Source: Spirochaetes bacterium ADurb.Bin133
Lineage (GTDB): Bacteria; Spirochaetota; GWE2-31-10; MWDO01
Length of the DNA stretch: 16,232 nucleotides
Reading direction: 5' to 3'
Assembly (NCBI GenBank): GCA_002070605.1
Contig: MWDO01000058.1
Location: forward strand, 1-16,232
Below the pieces are notes generated by a model, which saw nothing but the letters and a program-made list of their open reading frames with translations, was not told the DNA's origin and did no database searches. Shown one piece after another: positions 5,946 to 14,744 of the stretch. Numbering within the stretch: the stretch's first letter is position 1; every line of letters begins with the position of its first letter. A program made the position numbers and the translations under genes.

Positions 5946-7952
5946 TCAGGACGGAGCGACGGCTGACGCTTCGTTTTTTTTGTTCAATCGTTTTAGGAGA
6001 TTTGAAAAAATATTCTCGTCGGCGGAGTCGTCGTCGTTTGCGTCGCCTAGTTTTACGATAAGATTCTCGGGGATTTCTTTCATGAAGGGAGAGGAGGTTT
6101 TATGTAGAGTTTCGTAAAATTTTACTCTCGTTTTGGGATAAGATAAAAAAAGTTTTTCTCTCGCTCTTGTAACCGCTACGTAAAACAATCTTCTCTCCTC
6201 TTCTTCGTTGCCGTTCTCTTCAGCGGATTTTGCATGAGGTATGAGCCCCTCTTCGACCCCGGCGATGAAAACAATTTTAAATTCCAATCCTTTAGAGGAG
6301 TGTATACTCATCATATTGACCTGATTGTCCTTATCGTTGTCGTCGTCGTCTTTTTGCATAAGAGTAACTCTCTGAAGGTATTCAAAAAGATTGGGATCAA
6401 AATTATCCGGATTAAATTCATATCTTGAGATGGACTGGACTAATTGGTTAATATTGTTCATTCGCTGAACGACTTTTTTCAGATTCTTTACTTCCATGAG
6501 TAATTTACTTTGGTAGTCAATCTCTTCGATAAGTTTATTCAACGTTTTAGCTATGTTTTTTGGTTTAAAGACCATTTCGCGGTATTTTTCAATAAGTTTA
6601 ACAAAATCTTCCAAATAAGGGGTAGTTTTATTCCCAAGCGTATTGTTTTCGATAAAGGTCTTTATTGAAGCAAATATCGGGCATTTGTACTCTTTAGAAA
6701 ACTCCATCAACGCTTGAATTGTAGTATTCCCTATGCCTCTTTTAGGATTATTTATTATCCTATGAAGAGCGACTTCGTCGTCGGTATTAGCAAGGAATCT
6801 TAGATAACTTAACGCGTCGCGTATCTCGGGTCTGTCGAAAAACTTTCTTGACCCTACGACTTTATATGGAATATCGTATTCTCTAAACGACTCTTCGATA
6901 GGTCTTGACTGAGAATTCATTCTGAATAGTATTCCTATATCTTTATATTTGTAACCTTCGTTAATATATCTTATCGTTTGATCTCTGATAAACGCCGCCT
7001 CTTCCTCTTCGTTTTCGGCTTCATAAAAACCAATCTTATCTCCGACGCCTCGATCCGTCCATAGTTTTTTTTCTTTTCTTGAAGAGTTGTTTTTTATTAT
7101 GGAGTTAGCCGCTTCGAGAATTGTCGTAGTCGATCGATAATTTTGTTCCAATCTGACTTCGTAAACGGGATCGAAATCCCTTTCGAGCATTGTAAAAATA
7201 TTGGAATTAGCGCCTCGCCATGAGTATATAGATTGATCGTCGTCCCCTACGACCGATAAATTCTTATGGCTCATAGCGATCTTTTTGATAAATTGGTATT
7301 GCATAAACGAAGCGTCTTGGTACTCGTCTATAAGAATATATTCCCATTTTTTTTGATATTTTTGAAGAACTTCGGGGAAAGAGTCGAATAGCTCGAGCGG
7401 CAATTTAATCAAGTCGTCAAAGTCTACGGCGTTGTGAAGTTTTAGGTATTCCTCGTATTTTACGTAAATCTTTTTTAGATTCTCGTCCAATACTTCCGTT
7501 TTTAGATTCATTTTCATCAGACTGATTTTAAAGGAAATCTCGTAGACGTCGTATAAATCTTCGGGAAGTTTAAGCTCGTAGATTATATCTTTTAACAATT
7601 TTTGACAATCTTTATCGTCGTAAATTGAAAATTTTCTACCGTATCCCAGTTTTTGAATTTCAGTTTTTAATATATACAAACCTAAAGAGTGAAAAGTAGA
7701 AATCATCGGCGGGTCTTTCATTCTACCGATTAACTCCGTTACTCTTTGCCCCATCTCTCTAGCCGCTTTGTTGGTGAAAGTTACCGCCAATATTTTATGG
7801 GGAGCGACTCCCTTCTCTATTAAGTAGGCGATTTTATAAGTTATTACTCTGGTCTTTCCCGAACCGGCTCCGGCTATAATCAGCGACGTCCCTTTTTGAC
7901 GGGTTACCGATAAAAACTGTTCTTTATTTAATAAATTATGAAGGTTTTGCAT
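5946..7952 (-). CDS. ATP-dependent DNA helicase, UvrD/PcrA/Rep family
   Basis: 668 aa. Walker A AGAGSGKT near the N-terminus, within SLIIAGAGSGKTRVITYKIAYLIEKG...ILAVTFTNKAAREMGQRV. The DEYQD motif and the later helicase motifs VGDDDQSIYSWRGA and YRST are present. Typical UvrD-like length and architecture. Confidence 0.85.
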   Translation of the reverse strand: MQNLHNLLNKEQFLSVTRQKGTSLIIAGAGSGKTRVITYKIAYLIEKGVAPHKILAVTFTNKAAREMGQRVTELIGRMKDPPMISTFHSLGLYILKTEIQKLGYGRKFSIYDDKDCQKLLKDIIYELKLPEDLYDVYEISFKISLMKMNLKTEVLDENLKKIYVKYEEYLKLHNAVDFDDLIKLPLELFDSFPEVLQKYQKKWEYILIDEYQDASFMQYQFIKKIAMSHKNLSVVGDDDQSIYSWRGANSNIFTMLERDFDPVYEVRLEQNYRSTTTILEAANSIIKNNSSRKEKKLWTDRGVGDKIGFYEAENEEEEAAFIRDQTIRYINEGYKYKDIGILFRMNSQSRPIEESFREYDIPYKVVGSRKFFDRPEIRDALSYLRFLANTDDEVALHRIINNPKRGIGNTTIQALMEFSKEYKCPIFASIKTFIENNTLGNKTTPYLEDFVKLIEKYREMVFKPKNIAKTLNKLIEEIDYQSKLLMEVKNLKKVVQRMNNINQLVQSISRYEFNPDNFDPNLFEYLQRVTLMQKDDDDNDKDNQVNMMSIHSSKGLEFKIVFIAGVEEGLIPHAKSAEENGNEEEERRLFYVAVTRAREKLFLSYPKTRVKFYETLHKTSSPFMKEIPENLIVKLGDANDDDSADENIFSNLLKRLNKKNEASAVAPS

Positions 7953-8060
7953 ATTAAAAAAGGCAATATAACTTATATAATTTTTAAGTCAATAAATTTT
8001 TCATTTTTTTATTGACATACTTGTATTTTTTTTGTTGAATAGCAATAGGAGAGGATAAAG

Positions 8061-8396
8061 ATGGAATTATCGATAACAGATAAAGATTTGATCAAAATAG
8101 TAAAACTTAAAGGAGATTTTACTATCGTTAATCTCCAGTTATTTCAGGAAAACGTATTTCCCTTTTTCAAAGATAAAGTAGAGACCATAGCTATAGATAT
8201 GGCGGAAGTAAATTTTGTCGATTCTTCAGGGATAGGTAAGCTCGTGCAGTCTTTAAATTTAGCCAGAAACGGCGGAAAGAATTTTATACTTATAAAAGTT
8301 ACCGACAGAGTGCTGCAGCTGTTTAAAACGGTAAAACTTGATAACTTTTTTAATATTCTTGATTACAACGAATTTGAGAGAAAATTTTTAAGATAA
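8061..8396 (+). CDS. STAS-domain anti-sigma-factor antagonist (SpoIIAA-like)
   Basis: 111 aa. AGGAGAGG RBS upstream. The STAS pattern is present (...IAIDMAEVNFVDSSGIGKLVQSL...ILIKVTDRVLQLFKTVKLDNFF). Confidence 0.8.
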   Translation: MELSITDKDLIKIVKLKGDFTIVNLQLFQENVFPFFKDKVETIAIDMAEVNFVDSSGIGKLVQSLNLARNGGKNFILIKVTDRVLQLFKTVKLDNFFNILDYNEFERKFLR

Positions 8397-8444
8397 TACT
8401 TAAAAATCTTTTTTTATTGCTATTTTTTTTCGATAAATAACTGT

Positions 8445-9968
8445 ATGAATAATATTTTGCGCGGTTTTAACAAAATATTTGTCGTCTCCAAATTCTCCGG
8501 TATGGATTCTATAATAAAATTTAAAGAGGAATTTGATCTGGTTTTAAATATTAAAGAGATCAACCTTTTTTTACGGGAAGTCGAAGAGGATAATGAAAAT
8601 TATCTGGATACTATAATGTTTTTTGATAATTACGCGAATCACTTGGATCTTTTGATCGCCTCTCTTGCGTCTAATAGTTATAAATCGCAGGCATACGAAC
8701 TGCAAAAAAATTTAATTACTTTAAGGGATTATATCGGTCTCATACCCAGAAACCGAACCGATTTTTCTAAATTTGTTGCGACTGTTGGGGGCGAAGCGCT
8801 TGATACCGAATCGAGTATTAACGATTTTATCCAAAAAAAAGACGCTCAAGATGAAAATTCGCCGGATATAATACCGGATAGTTTGGATGAAGCATATAGA
8901 CCGAGCTCTTCCGGCGAAGCGGAAAATATTGCGTCTGATAATTTGATTGAAAAAAGCGCTTACGAGAAGCAATCAAATTTCCTAAAAAGGACTCAAATTG
9001 ATAAAAATGAGATACAAAAACGCATAACAATCAGAAATTCATTAATTCAGACGCTTGTCGATATTTACCATGAGAAAAAAAACGGTTACAGATTGATGAT
9101 CGGATTATTTAGAGGGCTCGACATTTTTAGAAGAATGAGTCTCAGTCGGGAAAATTTTGACAAGCGTCTGTTTATGAGGAATTTTAGAAAATATATTAGT
9201 TATTATCAAGACGCCAACCTTTTAGAATTGTGTTATGCAAAAAATCCCGCTCTCTCTCAAGAAGAGATATCTAATTATATTGTAGATTGCTTGAAAATAA
9301 TTAATAAACAGATTGATAAATCCAGATTTAAAATATATTTCGACGACAAACTAAATTTCAGATCGGGTTTCGCTTATGAATTTCAGCAAAGAGTAGAATG
9401 GCTCTACTTTCCCGAAAAAAGAAGACCCGTTCGAAATATTGACGAATTATATACAATTAAAAGCGTTACTATGGATAGTTCAAAAAGGACTAAATATAAC
9501 GTTAATTCATATAAATCTTATATCGCGCTTCTTTCAAGAAGAGACGTTAATATTGTTAATCAGATTCTTCCTAAAATGCATACGTTATATTATAAGAGAA
9601 ACGATTTTAAAAAATTTCTTATAAAAATTTTTCATTCCTTAGATAATTTTGAATATTCATTTTACGAAATGAACGAGGAGCAGAAGAATAGATTTAAAGA
9701 TAATTTTAATAAAGTTATATTGAATAAAAATAAAAATAGTAATTATCCCGACCTTTACGACAAAATGGTTGAATTAAATTCAAAACTAAACCCGGACGAT
9801 ATCAAAAATCTTTTGCCGACTTGCGTAAGAATAATGAAAGAGAAGATAGATATCGGATACGAAAGAATTAAGCGCCGCAATCCTCATCTGGATAACAGCT
9901 TTAACCCTTTGGAAAAATATAGACAAATATATGATAAAAAGAATTTTATTATATATAAAAGAGTCTAA
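8445..9968 (+). CDS. hypothetical protein (507 aa), immediately downstream of STAS antagonist
   Basis: Long ORF with no strong RBS at the annotated start; the true start may differ. I found no HATPase_c (anti-sigma kinase) or PP2C motifs. An acidic/Ser-rich linker lies around aa 130-160. No family recognised. Confidence 0.55.
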   Translation: MNNILRGFNKIFVVSKFSGMDSIIKFKEEFDLVLNIKEINLFLREVEEDNENYLDTIMFFDNYANHLDLLIASLASNSYKSQAYELQKNLITLRDYIGLIPRNRTDFSKFVATVGGEALDTESSINDFIQKKDAQDENSPDIIPDSLDEAYRPSSSGEAENIASDNLIEKSAYEKQSNFLKRTQIDKNEIQKRITIRNSLIQTLVDIYHEKKNGYRLMIGLFRGLDIFRRMSLSRENFDKRLFMRNFRKYISYYQDANLLELCYAKNPALSQEEISNYIVDCLKIINKQIDKSRFKIYFDDKLNFRSGFAYEFQQRVEWLYFPEKRRPVRNIDELYTIKSVTMDSSKRTKYNVNSYKSYIALLSRRDVNIVNQILPKMHTLYYKRNDFKKFLIKIFHSLDNFEYSFYEMNEEQKNRFKDNFNKVILNKNKNSNYPDLYDKMVELNSKLNPDDIKNLLPTCVRIMKEKIDIGYERIKRRNPHLDNSFNPLEKYRQIYDKKNFIIYKRV

Positions 9969-10065
9969 TTTAAACTTAAAAAATTCTATACAAAAGCGTA
10001 ATAATTCTTGATTTTTATAGTTTAATATTATATAAAATTATATACCTTATTATTGGGAGTTATCA

Positions 10066-11136
10066 ATGTATAATATAGCTGCGATTGGCGGCGACGGTAC
10101 CGGTCCGGAAGTAATTGCGGAGGGTAAGAAAGTTATATCCGCTATTTGTTCAAAGAAAAATGTTAAAATAAATTTTACCGATATAGACGTTAACGGCGAG
10201 AGATATTTGAGAACCGGCGAGATTCTGCCCGCTTCCGTATTAAACGACTTAAAAAAATTTGACGCTATATATTTGGGAGCTATCGGACACCCGGACGTTA
10301 AACCGGGCATATTGGAGAAAGGCATACTGTTGAAGATAAGATTTGAGCTTGATCAATATATTAATTTGCGTCCCGTTAAACTTTTTGAGGGCGTCGAGAC
10401 TCCGTTAAAAGATAAATCGCCCGAAGATATAGACTTCGTAGTAGTTAGAGAAAATACGGGCGGCATTTATACCGGACACGGCGGAGTAACCCGCGAGAAC
10501 ACGCAGGACGAGATAGCGTCGCAGACCATGATATACGATAGAAGAACCGTCGATAGATGCGTTAAATACGCCTACGAACTGAAAAGAAAAAGAGACGCTA
10601 TTAATCAAAAGTATAAGGATAAGCCGATACATCTTGTTCATAAAAGAAACGTTTTGACTTATTGCGGCGATTTATGGTATCGCGCGTTTGAAGAGATGGG
10701 CGACAGGGAGTATAAAGATTTAAAAAGAGAGTACGCTCACATAGACGCGTGCAATATGTGGTTTGTTAAAAATCCCGAATGGTTCGACGTTATCGTTACG
10801 GAGAATCTATTCGGAGATATAATTACAGATCTTGGAGCTATGATACAAGGCGGTATGGGGGTATCGGCCGGCGGAAATATAAATCCAAACGGCGCGAGTA
10901 TGTTTGAGCCTATCGGAGGGTCGGCGCCAAAATATAAAGGGTTGAACGCTATCAATCCTACCGCGGCGATTTTAGCCGGAGCGATGATGATGGAGTTTCT
11001 TGGAGAGACGCAAATCGCTATGGAGATCGAGTCTGCGATGAAAAAAGTATTAAAAGAGATGAAGTCGACAAACGCCGGCAAAATGGGGATGACTACTTCG
11101 GAAGTAGGGGATAGAGTAGCTAAATATTGCGTTTAA
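10066..11136 (+). CDS. tartrate dehydrogenase/decarboxylase or D-malate dehydrogenase-like enzyme (isocitrate/isopropylmalate dehydrogenase family)
   Basis: GGGAG RBS. The N-terminus IAAIGGDGTGPEV matches the IPMDH family. FDAIYLGAIGHPDV...DQYINLRPVKLFEGV closely resembles TtuC/YeaU-type enzymes. The NLFGDIITDLGA motif is present. 356 aa. Confidence 0.75.
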   Translation: MYNIAAIGGDGTGPEVIAEGKKVISAICSKKNVKINFTDIDVNGERYLRTGEILPASVLNDLKKFDAIYLGAIGHPDVKPGILEKGILLKIRFELDQYINLRPVKLFEGVETPLKDKSPEDIDFVVVRENTGGIYTGHGGVTRENTQDEIASQTMIYDRRTVDRCVKYAYELKRKRDAINQKYKDKPIHLVHKRNVLTYCGDLWYRAFEEMGDREYKDLKREYAHIDACNMWFVKNPEWFDVIVTENLFGDIITDLGAMIQGGMGVSAGGNINPNGASMFEPIGGSAPKYKGLNAINPTAAILAGAMMMEFLGETQIAMEIESAMKKVLKEMKSTNAGKMGMTTSEVGDRVAKYCV

Positions 11137-11195
11137 TTGTCTCCGGCGTTTATTTTTAGAGCGCTTGATTAGCGATTTTTTTACGAGGGATAACA

Positions 11196-12116
11196 ATGGC
11201 GGCTGTAGAGAGATACACGTTAAGAGAACTAGACGATCTAATAAAGGAAGGGAAAAAGTATCGATTATTTAAACCTTTTTTTTATAACGGTCAGATATTA
11301 TTTAATATCGAAAAGATCCTTACTGAAAAGGATATTCTTAGACTTGAAGGAAAAATTTACGGACCTGTAGAGGTTGTTCCGGCTGTCGAGCATACGACGG
11401 ACGATAAAATAAGAAACGCCGTTATTGAAAATTGCATAAAGATATTGAAAAAATCCTCCCTGTTTCACGTTGACGACGTAAGACATTTGGAATTTGCTAT
11501 GCGAAAAGAGTGCGAAAAACTTTTTACCGGCATACTTTCTAACAGTCCTCACGTCGCCCAAAAGGTCTTGGAGATCTTTCAATTTTCGAAGAAACTGTTT
11601 CTTCATAGCGTAAACGTCGCGATAATATCGACCGTAATAGATTTGGGACTGCAAAATAAGAGAAAGATGCATAACGCTCTTCGTAGCGAAGAGCTTTTGG
11701 TCGCCGCGCTGCTGCACGACGTCGGCTTTTTAAATCTCCCCGTATCTTTGGTAGAAAAACGTAGACTTGAATATACCGAAGAGGAGAAAAAGATCTATTT
11801 AACGTATCCGGAGGAGAGCAAAAAGATCGCGGTCGCTTTAGGAGATAATATAAGAAGTAAAACAATCGACGTGATATATCAACATCAAGAGAGATTGACC
11901 GGACAGGGATTTCCTCAACGTCTGAAGGGAAACAAAATAGAGGAAATGGCTTTAATTATTGGTTTAGCCGACGAATTTGACCTGCTTATATCAAAAGAGA
12001 CGGCCGAACATCAACGAAGCGTTTCTGAAGCGATGAGTCGTTTTTCCAGATACGGGCAGATAATCGGAAACGATATTGTAGATTCGTTTTATACATGGTT
12101 TAGATATTTAAAGTAA
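11196..12116 (+). CDS. HD-GYP-like domain protein with degenerate catalytic motifs (HQ...GFP instead of HH...GYP); possible c-di-GMP-related receptor/phosphodiesterase
   Basis: ALLHDVGFLNLP (HD motif). IYQHQERLTGQGFPQRLKG aligns to the HD-GYP signature HHExxDGxGYP with His-to-Gln and Tyr-to-Phe substitutions. ~150-aa N-terminal domain of unknown function. GAGGGA RBS. Confidence 0.65.
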   Translation: MAAVERYTLRELDDLIKEGKKYRLFKPFFYNGQILFNIEKILTEKDILRLEGKIYGPVEVVPAVEHTTDDKIRNAVIENCIKILKKSSLFHVDDVRHLEFAMRKECEKLFTGILSNSPHVAQKVLEIFQFSKKLFLHSVNVAIISTVIDLGLQNKRKMHNALRSEELLVAALLHDVGFLNLPVSLVEKRRLEYTEEEKKIYLTYPEESKKIAVALGDNIRSKTIDVIYQHQERLTGQGFPQRLKGNKIEEMALIIGLADEFDLLISKETAEHQRSVSEAMSRFSRYGQIIGNDIVDSFYTWFRYLK

Positions 12117-12129
12117 ATTAGAGGATTTT

Positions 12130-12483
12130 ATGCCGTTGGAAGAGTTTAATAGGATTGACGAAGAGTATTTTAAGACTATATTGGAGGACGATTTTGTTTT
12201 TGAGGGGGCTATTAAGATACCCGATTCTTTGATAGTAAAAGGGAAGATAAAAGGTAAATTGGAGTCTAATAGCCTTGTCGTAATCGGACCCGATTCCATA
12301 ATCGACGCCGATATTACTTCAAAACAGCTGCAATGTTACGGAAAGATTAACGGAAACCTTACTATAGAAGACGAAGTTTATTTTCACTCGCCGTCGGTAA
12401 TAAACGGCGATATAACTACTAATTTGATAACGGTAGAAAAAGGGTGTAAAATTAACGGAAAAATCCGAATGTTAACGGAATAA
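12130..12483 (+). CDS. bactofilin (polymer-forming cytoskeletal protein, DUF583)
   Basis: 117 aa with repeated beta-helix-like I/VxGxI/V windows (IVKGKIKGKLESNSLVVIGPDSIIDADITS...INGNLTIEDEVYFHSPSVINGDITTNLITVEKGCKINGKIRM). Starts 14 nt after the HD-GYP-like gene, so likely the same operon. Confidence 0.7.
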   Translation: MPLEEFNRIDEEYFKTILEDDFVFEGAIKIPDSLIVKGKIKGKLESNSLVVIGPDSIIDADITSKQLQCYGKINGNLTIEDEVYFHSPSVINGDITTNLITVEKGCKINGKIRMLTE

Positions 12484-12503
12484 TTATTGTAAAAGGATTC
12501 ATT

Positions 12504-13160
12504 ATGAAAAATATACCTATTTTGATATTGTTGTTGTTATGCGCGGCTCAGGCGTTTTATTCGCAAGACGCGACCGGAGACGTTAAGGTAAAAAACGGTT
12601 GGGACTACTATTCCGAGGGGAATTATAGAGAGTCGCTCGAAGCCCTTCAGACGGAAAAGAGATATTTCCCGGACAGGGTAAATATATACGTTATATCCGG
12701 CTGGAATTACAGAGAATTGAAGGAGTTTAACAATATGGAGGCGACCTCCTTAGAGGGGCTAAAATACCAACCGACAGATTTTAGACTGCTTAGAAATTTA
12801 GGCGAAGCGTATTACTATCAAGGTAAATTTTCAGATTCGGCAAGGGCTTTTGAGACTTATCTAAAATATAAATATCAGCCGAAAAACGACGCGTATATGC
12901 CGACTGCGTATTATTATTTAGGCGTTTGCTATTTAAATTTGAAGCAATATCGCAAGGCGGATATCTGTTTTTCGTATTCAAAATATTATACTCCCAACAA
13001 TTCGCAGACCATTTTATTTTTAGCGGAGTGCAAAGAGAATTTGGCTGAATACGATAAGGCGTACAAGTTATATGAAGAGTCGCTACGTATCAGACCAAAC
13101 AATACAAAGGGATTGGAAGGTTTGAACAGACTAAAAAATAAGATTACAAAAGCAAATTAG
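12504..13160 (+). CDS. TPR-repeat protein with N-terminal signal peptide
   Basis: MKNIPILILLLLCAAQAFYSQD is signal-peptide-like. Body has TPR-like helices (e.g. LGEAYYYQGKFSDSARAFETYLKY, YYYLGVCYLNLKQYRKA). 218 aa. Confidence 0.7.
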   Translation: MKNIPILILLLLCAAQAFYSQDATGDVKVKNGWDYYSEGNYRESLEALQTEKRYFPDRVNIYVISGWNYRELKEFNNMEATSLEGLKYQPTDFRLLRNLGEAYYYQGKFSDSARAFETYLKYKYQPKNDAYMPTAYYYLGVCYLNLKQYRKADICFSYSKYYTPNNSQTILFLAECKENLAEYDKAYKLYEESLRIRPNNTKGLEGLNRLKNKITKAN

Positions 13161-13168
13161 ATTTTAGA

Positions 13169-14449
13169 TTGAATACCTTCAGCGTTATAACCCTCGGATG
13201 CAAATTAAACATCTATGAATCGGAGTCGATATCCGGCGCTTTGATCAGCGACGGTTACGTTAAATCCGACGATTTTTCAAAATCCGGTCTTGTCGTCGTT
13301 AATACGTGTACCGTAACTTCCAGAGCCGATTCAAAATGTAGGAATATAATCAGAAGAGTAAAAAAAATAAATCCGAATTGTATTTTGGTCGCTACGGGGT
13401 GCCTTGTCGATACCGATTATAAAACTTTAAAAGAGATACCGGAAATAGATGTTTTCATCGGAAATAAGAGTAAAGATAAAATAACAGACGCTCTAAAAAA
13501 AATCGACAATAATAACAAAAAAGCGTTTTTATATAAAAGCGAACTCGACGGTAGATTTAATTTCTTTCAGTCCCAAAATTCGAAACGTTCGCGCGGATTC
13601 GTAAAAATCCAGGACGGTTGCGATAATTATTGCAGTTACTGTAAAATTCCTTTTGCCAGAGGCAATAACGTTAGCAGAGAGATAAAAGACATTTTTTCAG
13701 AAATAGAACTCCTTGCGTCTAACGGGTATAAAGAGATAGTCTTTACCGGCATAAATATCGGCAGTTATAATAATAGCGGACGCAATTTTAGCGCATTTCT
13801 AGACGAGACCTCAAAGAATTTCAGAGAAATAAGATTCAGACTCGGATCTATCGAGCCGCAATATATAGACTCCGATTTTATTTCGGCTTTTACTAACGAT
13901 AATATCTGCCCGCATATCCATATATCTCTGCAAAGCGGCTCGGACGCAATTTTAAAGTCGATGAATAGAAGATACGACATTAAAAGTTTTAAAAACATTG
14001 TAGGAAATATAAAAAAAAGCCGCGACAATATTTTTTTATCTACCGATTTGATTGTCGGATTTCCCGGAGAAACAGATACGGATTTTGAAAACTCTAAAAA
14101 CCTAATTGAAGAAATCGGGTTTTCTTACGTTCATCTGTTCACTTTTTCGCCGCGAGAGGGGACTGCGGCTTATACTATGAGCGGCAAGGTCGCCGACGGC
14201 GTCGTAGAAAACCGTATGAATAAACTTGAAAATATTGTAACAAAATTAAATTATAATTATAAAAGATCAAATATCGGAAGAATATTGAAGGTATTAATAG
14301 AAAGAAGTAAAAATAATAATATAACCGGGAAAAGCGAGAATTATCTAGATATTATTGTAAAAACCAATCTCACGCTTGAAAGAAAATCAATTTATGAAGT
14401 AAAAGTAGTCGATATGATAGACGGTAATTTATACGGCGAATTAAAATAA
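13169..14449 (+). CDS. mtaB: tRNA threonylcarbamoyladenosine methylthiotransferase MtaB (radical SAM, MiaB/RimO family)
   Basis: TTG start per ORF track. N-terminal MTTase domain (ITLGCKLNIYESE...VVNTCTVTSRADSKCRNIIRRVKKINPNCILVATGC). Radical-SAM CxxxCxxC (CDNYCSYC). FPGETDTDFE motif. C-terminal TRAM-like region. The N-terminal pattern matches the YqeV/MtaB subfamily better than MiaB. Confidence 0.75.
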   Translation: MNTFSVITLGCKLNIYESESISGALISDGYVKSDDFSKSGLVVVNTCTVTSRADSKCRNIIRRVKKINPNCILVATGCLVDTDYKTLKEIPEIDVFIGNKSKDKITDALKKIDNNNKKAFLYKSELDGRFNFFQSQNSKRSRGFVKIQDGCDNYCSYCKIPFARGNNVSREIKDIFSEIELLASNGYKEIVFTGINIGSYNNSGRNFSAFLDETSKNFREIRFRLGSIEPQYIDSDFISAFTNDNICPHIHISLQSGSDAILKSMNRRYDIKSFKNIVGNIKKSRDNIFLSTDLIVGFPGETDTDFENSKNLIEEIGFSYVHLFTFSPREGTAAYTMSGKVADGVVENRMNKLENIVTKLNYNYKRSNIGRILKVLIERSKNNNITGKSENYLDIIVKTNLTLERKSIYEVKVVDMIDGNLYGELK

Positions 14450-14454
14450 AAAAG

Positions 14455-14486
14455 AGCCTGTCTCAAAAGGCAGTCTCTTTTTTATT
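14455..14486. terminator. candidate bidirectional rho-independent terminator between mtaB (+) and tRNA-Met (-)
   Basis: AAAAAAGAGcCTG-tctcaaaagg-CAGtCTCTTTTTT: imperfect stem with A-run on the left and T-run on the right. Positioned 5 nt after the mtaB stop and about 20 nt downstream of the tRNA 3' end on the other strand. Confidence 0.45.
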
Positions 14487-14507
14487 TGTTCTATTTTAAT
14501 GGGGTAA

Positions 14508-14581
<74 letters not shown>

Positions 14582-14646
14582 GACGGTTGATTTTATATAT
14601 TAATTCGTCTTTTTTGTCAATATTTTTTTGGAATTTTAAGTAAATT

Positions 14647-14718
14647 GTCAGTTTTTTGGGGAATAGAAAATATCTGTTTCATATGCGTCGAATTTCTCCC
14701 CCTCCCCAAAAAACTGAC
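14647..14718. repeat. copy of dispersed CATATG-core repeat family bounded by 15-bp perfect inverted repeat GTCAGTTTTTTGGGG / CCCCAAAAAACTGAC
   Basis: Arms at 14647-14661 and 14704-14718. The loop contains AAATATCTGTTTCATATGCGTCGAATTTC (CATATG at 14680-14685). This is near-identical to AAATATCTGTTACATATGTGTCAA / CATATGCGTCGATTTTC at 424-470 and related to 5636-5668. Confidence 0.6.
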
Positions 14719-14744
14719 GGATTACAATTTTAAATCTATAAAAA

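Noticed and set aside
6234-6428. 64-aa ORF antisense to helicase
   Set aside because: Embedded antisense ORF, with a low-complexity VVVVV run from the GAC/GTC repeat.
8721-9030. Two minus-strand ORFs (83 and 67 aa) inside the 507-aa gene
   Set aside because: Antisense to a longer ORF, with no RBS.
9439-9624. 61-aa +ORF within the 507-aa gene in another frame
   Set aside because: Alternative-frame artefact.
10050-11081. Minus-strand ORFs (91, 78 and 114 aa) opposite the dehydrogenase
   Set aside because: Antisense to a strongly supported IPMDH-family gene.
11298-11865. Minus-strand ORFs (139 and 108 aa) opposite the HD-GYP gene
   Set aside because: Antisense artefacts.
12108-12299. 63-aa minus ORF opposite bactofilin
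   Set aside because: Antisense artefact.
12790-12981. 63-aa minus ORF in the TPR gene
   Set aside because: Antisense artefact.
13765-14028. 87-aa minus ORF in mtaB
   Set aside because: Antisense artefact.
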